Below are positions 47,092-58,673 of a stretch of DNA of 64,000 bases, piece by piece. A model generated the notes under the pieces. It did no database searches. It was not told the origin of the DNA and saw only the letters and a program-made list of their open reading frames with translations. The stretch is from Podarcis erhardii (Eukaryota). The DNA lies in NCBI GenBank assembly GCA_964252035.1, contig OZ176201.1; one strand, given 5' to 3'. Numbering within the stretch: position 1 is the first letter of the stretch; every line of letters starts with the position of its first letter. A program made the position numbers and the translations under genes.

Positions 47092-50000
47092 CTAGGAAAG
47101 AAGCAACAATAAAAAGAATCCTATTAGGAACGAGGCAGAAAAAACAAAGCGACTCTGCTAACAACAAAGTTTACACATTTCAATCTACTTTTATACCAAG
47201 GTCACAGAAATGCAAAAGAAACATCAGGTTTATTTTAAAAAATTAACCATCGTTATCTGGGCTATGTGAATTATTGAAAAATTAGAAAGACCCCTCTTTT
47301 TCCGGTAATAAACCCATTGCATACTTTTGTATGGACATTGTAATACTACAGGTTTAATAAACTCTCGGCTGATGACACGTAGGTGTGATCTTTGGATGAA
47401 GGGCAGTATACAAATTTAATAAAATAAAATTCAAGGTAGCCTGTGTATGAAACATTTGCCAAGAAGGGCCGCAAGGCTTGTGTGCAGAAGCGTGTCACTT
47501 GTGTTTTGTGCAGAAAGCAGTCAGTGCTGTTACATATTAGACACCTGGAAAATAGAACTTCTGCAATGTATCCAGATCTCTTTCATCAGTCACAGTATGA
47601 ACAACTGCAGAGGGAATGCTTCCTGCAACCCTGCATGAAAGAATATTTTGCTCCAACTGCCTGTTACCTGGGACTGCAGAAGCACACTTTGCCCCTTCCC
47701 AGACACCAGGCAGATGGCCTATGATCATAAGGCAGGCAGTGACAGTCTTATCTTTAAACATATGTATAACGCTTAAAAAGTTTAGGTGTTTTCTAAATGT
47801 TAAATATTAATACCATTCTATCCTTTTACATCTGTTCAATAATCTGGTTACAGATCTGCCTCGTGTCACATTTGCCTATCAAGTTCTCTCTCCATTCTTT
47901 TCCTTCAACACAGACTGTCCATTTTTGTTAGGAAATCCTTGACACTTTCCTCTTTTTTATTTGGGTCATTTCACCCACATTGCTCTGTATTCACCAATTC
48001 GTTGTAAGCTTCCAAGACATTTCTACCATCCCTCTCATCCAAACTTTTACCTAGTATTCCCCCCATCCACCCAAGGCCCTGCAAAGAAGCTGCTTACATC
48101 ACTGTAGCAAGATGCTGGAAAAAACAGATTTCTGCTACAGCTAGTTGACTGACAGTCTAAATTGATTTCGATCAGAGGTTTGCTTCTCACTGCTGTGAAA
48201 GCAGCAGTATGGGCTAAATTTAAACACAGCCATGGGCTTTTTGACTACAAATTGGTTCAATTTTCCTGATCTCTGTGATGAAGACTATATGCCTACTCTC
48301 AGAGTGCACTAAGAAAAAGCTGTCATCAAATCTTGCTGTTACTAGCATGAGGAAGGCAAACACATGTGTTATTGCTTATTCTGTTGCCTTAAAGCAATCT
48401 GAAGCTTGCTTATAACTATAGCCTCTCCCTGCAACTCCAATTGCCAGAAATGGAGCCTAGTAAAGGACATGTTGCCTTGCAGATTGAAGGTTCTCTTGCC
48501 TTTTGACTGGGTTTCACAAGTCAAGCCCATATCAAGAGACAAGAAAAGGACTGACCTACATACATTTTCCCCTCCTCCCATTCATTAAAAAATTCTTAGC
48601 TTATTTGTTTGCTAGCACAGCAACTTCGCTACATGTAATGAATAAAACAGAAATCTAGAAAGAATTGACCAGGTTCATTATGCTCATGAGGTCTGATTCA
48701 AATGTTACAAAACTGGCTAATAAAATTTACATGCAGGCATTCAACATACAAAGAACCGTTTTTTCAGCTTTTCAAAAAAAAAAAAAAAAGGCAAAACAAT
48801 GTTTTGAAAATTCACGTGGTACTTCCTTCCTCCTCAGTTTGACTTTTTCACATTTTCTAAAGCAAAGTCACTTCCTTATTTGTGACATTTCTCTGAACGT
48901 TTCAAAGACATTTTGAAATATTCTATTATGGAAACTTTAACACACTTCATTTCTAATTAATAAAAGCTGCTTTCTCAGCTGACGGTTTCCTGACAGCTAC
49001 AAATTAAGCTACTATTTTAATATAGATGTTGGCTGCTTTCCCAAGTTCAAGAAGTACTTTTAAATCCCCAGCCCCAATATTTCTTAAAAAGCATCATAAA
49101 AAAGGAACGGCAGCTCCTTTTTTGATAGCTAGAAATGCAAACTGGCTTATTTTAATTAAACACAGTACTAAATTCAAAAGTAGGTTAAACTTTGATTGAA
49201 CAAAAACACAAAAGGTTCTGGCTTTGGCTAGCTTATGCCTTTTTGTCTGCCTGATTCAATAGTCAATCTCATTAAGTCTGACATTAGCTTTTGGCTGGAA
49301 ATCAAGAGCCCAACAGCTCTACATTCACTAACAAGGCCACTGTGGATTTTCTTTATAAAGAGCTGAATGATTCTTACTCTATGAGAAAAGAAGAAGAAGA
49401 ATGTGCTGTGTTCAATGGCTTGGAAGTGCAAGCAAGCACCACTACTGAAAAAGCAGCAGGGACATGAGATTTTGTGTCACTGACCCGATTTGAAATGGAA
49501 GAGCTTGCTGTGGAAGCAATCCTATACACCATTCATTTCCAATCACAATAGCTGAACACACTTTCACATTAGTGTTCAGTGTTGATTCCCTTAGAGAATA
49601 ATTTGTGATGTAGAAGTAGCAGAGAAGGGACAATTCGGTGGTTTGCAAGGAGTAAATTTTATTTAAATAAATTTCTTTTCCCATCTTCGATACAGTTAAA
49701 TTTAGAATTGTCAGGGGCAACTGTACCACACCCTGAAACTGAGGTCTCCTTGCAGGAGGAGCAGAATCCTGCCCAGTTGATTGCGATGCAGCCAATGATT
49801 CTAAAGGGCCACTGGATCTAGATACTCTTCCCCCAAATCAGCTGCCCGAATTCCTGGCCTGCTCGCAACATCCACCCAATGCATTTTCCCCAGTGCCACA
49901 GTAGAAGAGTCAAGAGAGAAAAGAGTATGTATAAATGCATGTATACCTATATACATTATACACCTATTCCTTTATTGATACATCATGTTTTTGCCAAACA

Positions 50001-50698
50001 CTCTATTTAACCCCAACAACAATGAAAGCTATCTAACCAGACAATTTCTTCTTTTCCTGAATATTTTTTTGAACAGCAGAGAGCTGAGGTAATTTAGGTT
50101 GTTCAAGCGTTAGCTTTTGTAATAACTTATCTAAAAACAGACCACAATTGCCATTCTTCATATGCAGAAGTATTAAGGAATGAGAAACGGAAGACAAAAC
50201 CATGAGGATGCCATGTTGTTGAAGCTTGTTATGAGAATAATAATAATAAAAAAATGAAATAACACAAGCTAAATGTTTATGTAGCTATAAAACAGTATAT
50301 ATCCGATACCTGGTATTTCCAGTTGTAATCTCTGAACAAATTTGGAGTCATAATTATTTAAGTCCCAAATATTGCAAGAGGAGTTTCACTTATGGAAAGG
50401 CGATTGCTCACCTCTTCTTTTCCATTACAACCCCCAAAAAGCTACCCTTGAGGACTGAGATACCTTAGAGCATTATCGAGATACGATACAGGGAGCTGGA
50501 ACAAGGGAGGATTAGCAGAAATCAAGCCCTCCTTCCTTTAGCAAGAACTGCTTCCCATTTGCGTTAGTGTTTCGTGGAAATCCATAAAGGTAGTGCCTTT
50601 TTCTAATTCATAGGTTAGCTTTGGCTTGTATACTAAGTTAAGCAAGTTCACAGAAGGAATGTTTGCTACCCTCAGACTTCTGAAAAGACTCTGTAGAA

Positions 50699-50769
50699 CA
50701 GGCACCCCCAAACTCGACCCTCCAGATGTTTTGGGACTACAATTCCCATCATCCCTGACCACTGGTCCT

Positions 50770-50809
<40 letters not shown>

Positions 50810-52287
50810 TTTATTTATATCCCGCCCTCCCCAGCCGAAGCTGGGCTCAGGGCGGCTAACAACAAGCAAAATAATCCAACGATTCTAAAAACATTTCATT
50901 ATAAAAATTAATTAAAATCAAATTGATGGCAACCATTAAGCAAAATTCTGTGCAGATTGCCAGAGGAGGGGGGTCAGGCTGCGCCCTGACCAAAGGCCTG
51001 GTGGAACAGCTCTGTCTTGCAGGCCCTGCGGAAAGATGTCAGGTCCCGCAGGGCCCTAGTCTCTTGTGACAGAGCGTTCCACCAGATTGGAGCCGCAGCC
51101 GAGAAGGCCCTGGCTCTAGTTGAGGCCAGCCTAACCTCTCTGAGGCCTGGGATCTTCAAGATGTTTTTATTTACAGACCGTAAGTTCCTCTGTGGGACAT
51201 ACCAGGAGAGGCGGTCCCGTAGGTATGAGGGTCCTAGGCCGTATAGGGCTTTAAAGGTTAAAACCAGCACCTTAAACCTGATCCTGTACTCCACCGGGAG
51301 CCAGTGCAGCTGGTATAGTACCGGATGAATGTGAACTCGCAGCGAAGACCCCATAAGGAGTCTCGCCGCGGCATTCTGCACCCGCTGGAGTTTCTGGGTC
51401 AGTCTCAAGGGTAGCCCCACGTAGAGCGAGTTACAATAATCCAGTCTGGAGGTGACCGTCGCGTGGATCACAGTGGCTAGGTCAGGGCGAGAGAGATAAG
51501 GAGCCAACTGCTTAGCTTGGCGGAGATGAAAAAATGCTGCCTTTGTTATAGCTGTAATCTGCGCCTCCATAGAGAGGGAGGTATCGAAGATTACACCCAA
51601 ACTCTTAATGGACGATGCTGGCACTAACTGCACCCCCGCAAGAGATGGGAGTTGCCCCCTCAATCCCATATCACCCCGTCCCAGCCAGAGGACCTCTGTC
51701 TTCGAAGGATTTAGCTTCAACTGGGTCCCACGTAACCATCCAGCCACAGCTTCCAGACATCTGGTCAGTGTGTCTGGGGCCGAGTCAGGATGGCCATCCA
51801 TCAACAGATAGAGTTGGATGTCATCGGTATACTGATGGCAACCCAGCCCAAAACTCCGGACAAGCTGGGCGAGGGGGCGCATAAAGATGTTAAAAAGCAT
51901 CGGGGAGAGAATCGCACCCTGAGGCACTCCACACACCAAGGAGTGGCGCGATGACAATTCCCCCCCAAGCGCCACCCTCTGTCCCCGACCAGAGAGAAAT
52001 GAGCGCAGCCATTGAAGGACTGTGCCCTGAATCCTCACGTCGGCAAGGCGGTGGTCCAGGTGTTCGTGATCGACCATGTCGAAGGCTGCTGACAGGTCTA
52101 GAATAATCAGCAGCCCCGACCCGCCTCGATCCAGCTGCCTGCGGAGATCATCTGTTAGGGCGACCAGAGCCGTCTCGGTCCCATGACCAGCGCGGAAGCC
52201 AGACTGCAATGGATCCAGAGCTGTTAGCTAGGGATGATGGGAGCTGTAGTCCCAAAACACCTGGAGGGCCAAGTTTGGGGATGCCTG
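50699..52287. mobile_element. Palindromic hAT-type MITE split by an L2 insertion (arms 50699-50773 and 52221-52287)
   Basis: Termini are CAGGCACCCCCAAACTC / AAGTTTGGGGATGCCTG, with a perfect 8-bp TSD CTGTAGAA at 50691-50698 and 52288-52295. Confidence 0.92.
50774..52220 (-). mobile_element. Young 5'-truncated L2 LINE (1447 bp) with uninterrupted reverse-transcriptase reading frame
   Basis: ORF 50974..52209 (411 codons) has QSGFR..HGTETAL, LDLSAAFD, GVPQGAILSP.LFNIFM and YTDD (canonical YADD). It has an (AAT)n tail and a 6-bp TSD CTGTTA at 50768-50773 and 52221-52226. Confidence 0.95.
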
Positions 52288-52446
52288 CTGTAGAAGATCA
52301 AAGGGCCCTCTTGAATAATATAAAATGGAGCATGGTGGGGTACTAGAAGAGGGAAAGAATGGGAAACTTTACTCCTAGATAAGTTAACTTATCATAGGAT
52401 CCAACCTCAATTTTAGGCAGTTCGTCCTCTCTGCAGCAGCACCAGG

Positions 52447-52626
52447 CCTGCACTCCAACATTTCTCTGATTATTAGGGATATCCTATTCCATACCCTCCA
52501 ACATTTATCTGATGAAAATAGGGACATCCTAAGGAAAAGCAGGACATTCCAGGATCAAATCAGAAACTGGGATGGCTTCTGCAAATCCAGGACTGTCCCT
52601 AGAAAATAGGGACACTTGGAGGGTCT
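52447..52626. mobile_element. Short non-autonomous DNA element (hAT-like) with repeated AAAATAGGGACA motif
   Basis: CATACCCTCCAACATT...GAAAATAGGGACA...GGGACACTTGGAGGGTCT; its 5' block is internally duplicated at 52451-52490. Confidence 0.6.
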
Positions 52627-52927
52627 ACATCTCACGTTGTTTAAGAGGGCCTTCTTGACTTTTCAGAACAGCTTTCCGCGGAAGAGCAGGCATGCTGGCA
52701 GAAGGAAGGGACCTAAAACTTTCCTCCTGCAAACTTTTGTGTTAACTTTTAGTTCAAGGAACTAAGCCTTGAATTTACAGGAGAAGTATAAGATCAAAAT
52801 CTGATACATGTCCATACATTGAACAGAACTAGGTGAAAACATTCACTGGATTGGGGGGGGGGGACCACTTTCCACTGACAAGCGTATAATAAAATTCAAT
52901 CTCAGAATCATTTTTTATGATTGACCT

Positions 52928-52933
52928 TTTATT
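52928..52933 (-). terminator. RNF130 proximal polyadenylation signal
   Basis: AATAAA lies about 140 nt downstream of the TGA, at the end of a short 3' UTR resembling the mammalian RNF130 UTR (CTTTGTATTA..., TGTACATT). Confidence 0.7.
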
Positions 52934-53074
52934 GAGTCTTTTGTAATACAAAGCTTCAGCTTTAGCAAATTATGAAAATAGAATGTACAAAACATATGCT
53001 TGTGTTACATGATCTAGAAATGATACATAAAAATAAGCCGCTCTCTCTCCAAAGCGATTAGTCAAGGTGTTTCT

Positions 53075-53090
53075 TCAGTACCATTCAGTT
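53075..53090 (-). CDS. RNF130: RNF130 canonical terminal coding exon: (E)TEWY*
   Basis: TCTCTTTTACTTTCCCACAG|A ACT GAA TGG TAC TGA; phase 2 matches exon 8. The human protein ends EVEWF. Confidence 0.88.
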
Positions 53091-55220
53091 CTGTGGGAAA
53101 GTAAAAGAGATTATCAGTAATATTTTATTGTTGCTGTTTAATGTACAAATGTTCAAAATAAATTATGAGCAGAATAAAAACAACTTGCTAGTGCTTTCAT
53201 TCAGTGGGAAGGAAGGCATACAGCTATTCCTTTTTCACAAGTGGCAAATCCGTAGATATTACAGTTAAAATAGATGGTTCATAAAAATGGGAAATAAATT
53301 ATGAATTCTAGCTACCACCTTGACCTCCACTCTAGGTTTAATTTATTTACTACACCTTTTGGGGGGGGGGTGAAATAAAGAAAAATACTGTACGTGAACA
53401 CAATATACAAATTCTCCCGGCTTCCAATTATACTGTGACATGTCCAAAATACAATCTCTGCATCTCCTCCACCAAAAAGATCAGAGATGGGGCGCTATGT
53501 GGGAAACTTGCACATCTTGTTCCAGCATGGCAAAGTAATGAATGAAAGTGGTTTTGGGTTATCTGTAGTATCCATTTATGCAAGCATCATTTTTACTTTT
53601 ACATACAAAAATTTAGGAGGAACCTTCTAGTTTAATGCAGCTATCACCAGTAGGAAATATTGTGTGAAATCCCTAAAAAATATTCCAGTCTCTTTTTGGA
53701 AATATGAAAGTAGCCAGCCAAAATGCTACATGAGTAAATTGTAAGATTATTCCAGACCAGGGTGCTGGTGAACTAGTCAATTACTGTAAAATATGTAGCC
53801 TATATACCTCCTTCATGGGGCAGTGTGCGAGAGCAAGCTCTGTGTTCATGCTGCTCACCACATGTAGCGAGAACCATAATTTATTAATGTACATTTGCTT
53901 GCAAATATATGTTTGCTGCATAATTTGTCCTCCTTACTTGCAGCAGACTGATCACAGGACCAGGAGTTACTAAGCACACATATGTTGGTGCACCCCTAGT
54001 TCACTCTAAATTCTCGTCCTTAAGCTCTCTCCTATACTGCACTTCTTGTAGGATGTACATCATTGTTGACCAGGCTATCTCAAGGATAGTTAGTTTCCAT
54101 ATAAACCTTTGAGATGTGCCTTGGAAGCCCTGCTCTCTGTGCCATTACCTCAGGCCATTAGGTTGGCGGACACAAGATTCAGTGGCTGTGTTTGCACAAA
54201 TTCAGGCTTAATCTGTTTCATGCACTTGTACACAGCCCCTTTGCTTCAGGTCACTTGGCTCTTCATGTGAGTAAGGAAACAAAGAATCTACAGTTAACCG
54301 TAACTTCTCCAGTTTGCAGGTAACAGGCAACTATGGTTAACTCTGGTTTCCTGATTTGTTTCCCAGCTTGCACAAAGAAATAAATGAAGCAGGAGCAAAG
54401 AGGCTGTGCACAAATGCAGCAAACTCGTGCACATCATACTATACAAGCCAGCACTTGCTTGGTGATAATACTGCGCTGGAATCAGGAATTCAAGAGACTC
54501 TCCTCTAAACAGAAGCTAAAAGAAGTTTTCCTTTCAACAACTATTAAAAAACATACAGCACTAAGCCTTAACTTGATTCTTCATTGATTGTTGCTTTTAA
54601 ATTGTTATCAGGAATTGTTTTTAAATTTGTGTTTTAGTGATAAAAATTGTTTGTTTTATTGTATTTTTCATTGTAAGCTGCTCTTGGTTCTCTGGGAGCA
54701 GAAGAAAAATATTAAATAAAAAATAGCATCCTTACTACTCTCTATGGCACTTCCCTTAAGCTTCCCTATTGGAATATACTTCCTGAATATAATTCCTAGA
54801 CAAATAAATAACATTCAGTTATCTAAATCTGAACAGGCACTATCTAGGCTTGTTCACTTAAGTCCATATAGGCAATGATCCTTACAATTCTCCCTTAATG
54901 GTAGGCTTGCTAATATAAACTTAACCAAACAAGGAGTGCATGCACACATATCCACACACAAAATGAATAAAAAGCAGGAGTGCCAGAATACAAAGTAAAA
55001 TTGAACGATAACGCATCTTCCCCTTAAAAAATAAAAAAATGTACCCTCCCTTTGGAAAACCTATCCTCAGATGTTCTAACAATCTGATATTGCAACTTAG
55101 TAAAAGAACGCTGTATTCTGGGTGTTTCCCAGATCTCCTTCCTTCTAATTCTTCAACTCATCATTTCTTTACAATGCTGCCGTATGCGTAGGCACACTCA
55201 CAATCTGAACATTTACTTAC

Positions 55221-55314
55221 TCATTAGCATTTAAGCTAGCTGTGGCTTTGATGATCATGTAGCAAAGTGTAAGGGCACTCAGGAGGCCAAAGCTGGCAAT
55301 AATAAACCATTCTT
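55221..55314 (-). CDS. RNF130: RNF130 exon 8 (C-terminal hydrophobic segment): (K)[30 protein letters not shown](E)
   Basis: CAACAG|AA ... AAT GA|GTAAGT; 94 nt. Confidence 0.95.
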
Positions 55315-57671
55315 CTGTTGACAAAGGAAAGGGAGGAAATCACTCGTGGAAGAAGGCTTATGTCAAATCGATGGCAACTGCCCTCAAAGATCAGAAGCAG
55401 AAGAAAATAATTCTACTCATGTGGGGCACCAGGAAGTGAAGCTCCAGAGGAAAGCAGAAGGCAAAGAAGGTACTAAATGGAGAAGGCCAGCAAACAAGGT
55501 TATGGGGAGAAGTGAGAAAAAGAGGAATGATACAATAATATTGATCACAGAGTCCAGACATTAATGATAAATGACTGATCAAAGTAAAATGCAAAATAAG
55601 GAAAGCATAAGCAAAATTTTTACCTGCAGTTAAGGAATAAGACTATTTCCAAATGAGACCTGTATTAAAAGAAATATGACAGCACACACAGAGACCCTGT
55701 ATCATCTCTTCCACTCCTTTATCCGCAAATAAAGTGCTCTAGCACTTTTAAAAGGCAGAATTCAGCAGGGAGTCATTAATAATAAAAAATGAAATATAAT
55801 TTTAGTCTAAAAATATCACACAAAAGTACATCTTAATTTTTTTTAAAGGAATGTGATTGTTTTGGACATCATTTCTAACTAGGTGCATTCTTTGATTTTA
55901 ACTTTTTGTGGCATAGGAATGTGTGCAATGTACACAAACTAAAATAAATCAGAAAAGTTTTCAGATGACAGTGCTTGAAATGTTGCATGAATTTCTTCTC
56001 CTTTATCATGATCTCCATTTTAAAAGACTGGAAAAGCAACAGGACTCAAGCCAAGTTAATATGCTTGTTTTTGAAGGTGTATGTATAGCTGTACATGTGT
56101 ATTTCTCACAACCAGCAGCATTTGTACAGGGATTTAACCTATATTAAATGCACAGTTATGTGGTTATGAATATTAAATAAGTCTTTCCGGTCAATGAAAA
56201 AGAATTGTCAATCCATTCTTAGACATGTTCTGGGCCTGAAAGCAATAATCAAAACCAACAACAACAGGGTGCGTGCATTACCACTGCTCATTCTCAAGAT
56301 GGTCAAAGTCACTATAAGATATATATCCCACTTTAAGATTATAGAACCAGGACTGTAGAAAGTATTCAATGGTAAGTCTCAATTTTCATGAGGGATATTT
56401 AACTGACAAATGAAATTCTTCACACATAGGAATATGATAACACTGCAAACCCAACTTCTGAGGGAATATAACAAAGCAAAACCCGCTAGCACTAATTCCA
56501 TGCCTGAAGTTTTTAAATAAATGTGTGGGACTTATGGGGAATGTTAGGGGCAAACCCAGCTCTTTTGTCAAAATTGGCAGTCTCCCAAACTACAGAGTGG
56601 TAGTATATGTCACATTGGCACAAACATTTCTCTTAGTTACTGGTCAAATAATATGCAAGTGCTTCTGCTCAGGTGTTCCCACATATCTCCAGGTTCCACC
56701 AATTCATTTATAGTGTATGAAAGACATTTAGTTAGTAAAACTTCACATAACCACCAAGTTTGCAAATAGAGGACTAAAAGAAACTTTCATCCTTATTTGT
56801 CAGTACCAGGGATCGACTGCTTTTTTATTTGAGTTTATTCTAACAAGACTTCCACTCCAGGTCTCAGACAAGCTCTGCACAGGCCTGCTAGGCAGAAAGA
56901 AAGAAAAGCCATGTGTTGCTACTGATCATGAGGCAGACCAAACAATGCTTAGCACCAGGAAATATGCAAGTTCTACCCTTGATGAGTTGCAGCTGAATTT
57001 AACAAAGTAAGGACTAACACCGTCTGTCTGGGGCTTAGACTGTGCAACAGAATCAGAAGCAAAATTCTTATTTATATATCCAGTAAGGGTTCTTTCACTT
57101 TCAGGACCTGGTACTATGATTTCCTTTTTGCCTAAATCATACCCCAAACAGCTAGCTCAACACAGATCACTGTTCCAGAGTTCATTTAATGCAAGGTTGT
57201 GTTGACAGGTAGATTGTTGAATTGGCATACGTGATTTTCATAAACAATTGGCATATGTGGTTTTCTGATGGCACTCAAACTATAAACTGCTTGAAGACTG
57301 CATCAAGCCCAAAAATAATTATAAAAAGATGGCAGATATAATTAGAGCAATCTACTGAATTTCTAGATCCAGCCATTATGATTTGCAAACATAATTCACT
57401 GACGGGGAAAATTGTTAAAATACTTAACCATCTTAACTGTTAGCCATTTAAATAATTGACTTGTATAATCTATTTTCTTACTTGGTAATTAATTTTGAAA
57501 AAGATTTTGCCAAAGCTATTTCCAAGTTCATTGTCTTGATGTTCAATATGATCCTTTTTCACTGTCACTTAAAACTAATAGAAAACTTTCATGCATGTTA
57601 TAGTAACAGAGCATAAATCTGAAAGCAACATGAAACCTACCATGCTCAAATTAAAACCAAACTTCACTTAC

Positions 57672-57876
57672 TAGTTACAGCAATGTTGATCTCTCCTGTT
57701 CTTGGAGTCAGCTCCCCATCCTGTGGAAACTGTGATATTCCAGAAGTACGCAGGGGCTCAAGAGTGAGTGAGGTGTCACTGGTAAGGTCACCAAGAACTG
57801 ATCTCCTGTTGCCTAGTTGGCCTCTGGTGAGCCTTTCCATGTCAAAGGCCATATTGTCAGCACATGGCACATTTGT
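57672..57876 (-). CDS. RNF130: RNF130 exon 7: [19 protein letters not shown]...[15 protein letters not shown]
   Basis: TTTTCAG|ACA ... ACT A|GTAAGT; 205 nt. Confidence 0.96.
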
Positions 57877-58489
57877 CTGAAAACACAGTGTTGGAAAGTT
57901 AATATATTTCTTTTTTGTAAGCTTCTGGCAAAATCATAAAGGAGATATTGCAAAATGTCTGCAGAAGGCTATCTGAGGGATGCACAAGCATCCAATAGTG
58001 ACCAATGATGAAATGTGATTCACAGGAAGAAGCAGTTACTGCTGAGCAGCAACCAGTTGGAACAGGGACTGTCAAGCAGTCAGCCACACATCCAATCAAA
58101 GGATTCAGTAATCCCACCATAAGATATTCTGATAGTGTCCAGATGATAAATTGTACAAAGAGCCAATTCCAAAAGTAATAGTGAGAGACAAATATACTTG
58201 AGAGGGGATAGTAGGTAGGTCCAAACACAATATACTAATGGGAAGGCAGACACCCAGGGCTTGCACAATGCTGACACCAATCACTCTGTGCCTCTGCCAC
58301 AGTCCTTTTACACCCACTACCAAGGATGCTTCCAATATTTAGAATTGGAACACTGCAATTTCATGCAAGAAAGGAAGAATGGCTAACACCCTGGAATTCT
58401 GGTCCTCTTGTACCTGACTTTACTGATTTATGATCATTTTGGAAAGGAAAGCTCTACATTCCTTACTGTTTAAATAAGAGTTGACTCAC

Positions 58490-58586
58490 CACAATTCCCA
58501 GAGCCTTCAAAATGTTCAGTTTACACATAGGACAAGTGCAGTGTTCACTGAGCCATGGATCCACACAGGTTTTGTGGAAAACATGT
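58490..58586 (-). CDS. RNF130: RNF130 exon 6 (RING-H2 second half): [32 protein letters not shown]
   Basis: TTTTCAG|A CAT ... GTG|GTGAGT; 97 nt. Confidence 0.97.
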
Positions 58587-58610
58587 CTGAAAACAGAGTA
58601 GCACAACAAA

Positions 58611-58673
58611 TGCAAAACTACTAATAACACCAGACATACTGTTGCAAAACTACTAATAACACCAGACATACTG
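58611..58673. repeat. Perfect 31-bp tandem duplication (period 32) just upstream of the exon 6 acceptor
   Basis: TGCAAAACTACTAATAACACCAGACATACTG x2. Confidence 0.9.

Noticed and set aside
47443-47724. 93-aa plus-strand Cys-containing ORF
   Set aside because: It has no zinc-finger spacing, no splice or promoter support and no recognisable homology.
47807-47822. AG|G ATA GAA TGG TAT TAA (IEWY*), mimicking the RNF130 last exon
   Set aside because: There is no pyrimidine tract. The true terminal exon at 53075-53090 has a strong acceptor, a matching 3' UTR and AATAAA.
51017-51884. Plus-strand ORFs of 67-103 aa
   Set aside because: These are antisense shadows of the L2 reverse-transcriptase frame.
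55370-55520. Possible BovB/RTE RT C-terminal remnant (GKAEGKEG..WRRP)
   Set aside because: The similarity is too short and degenerate to call without a search.
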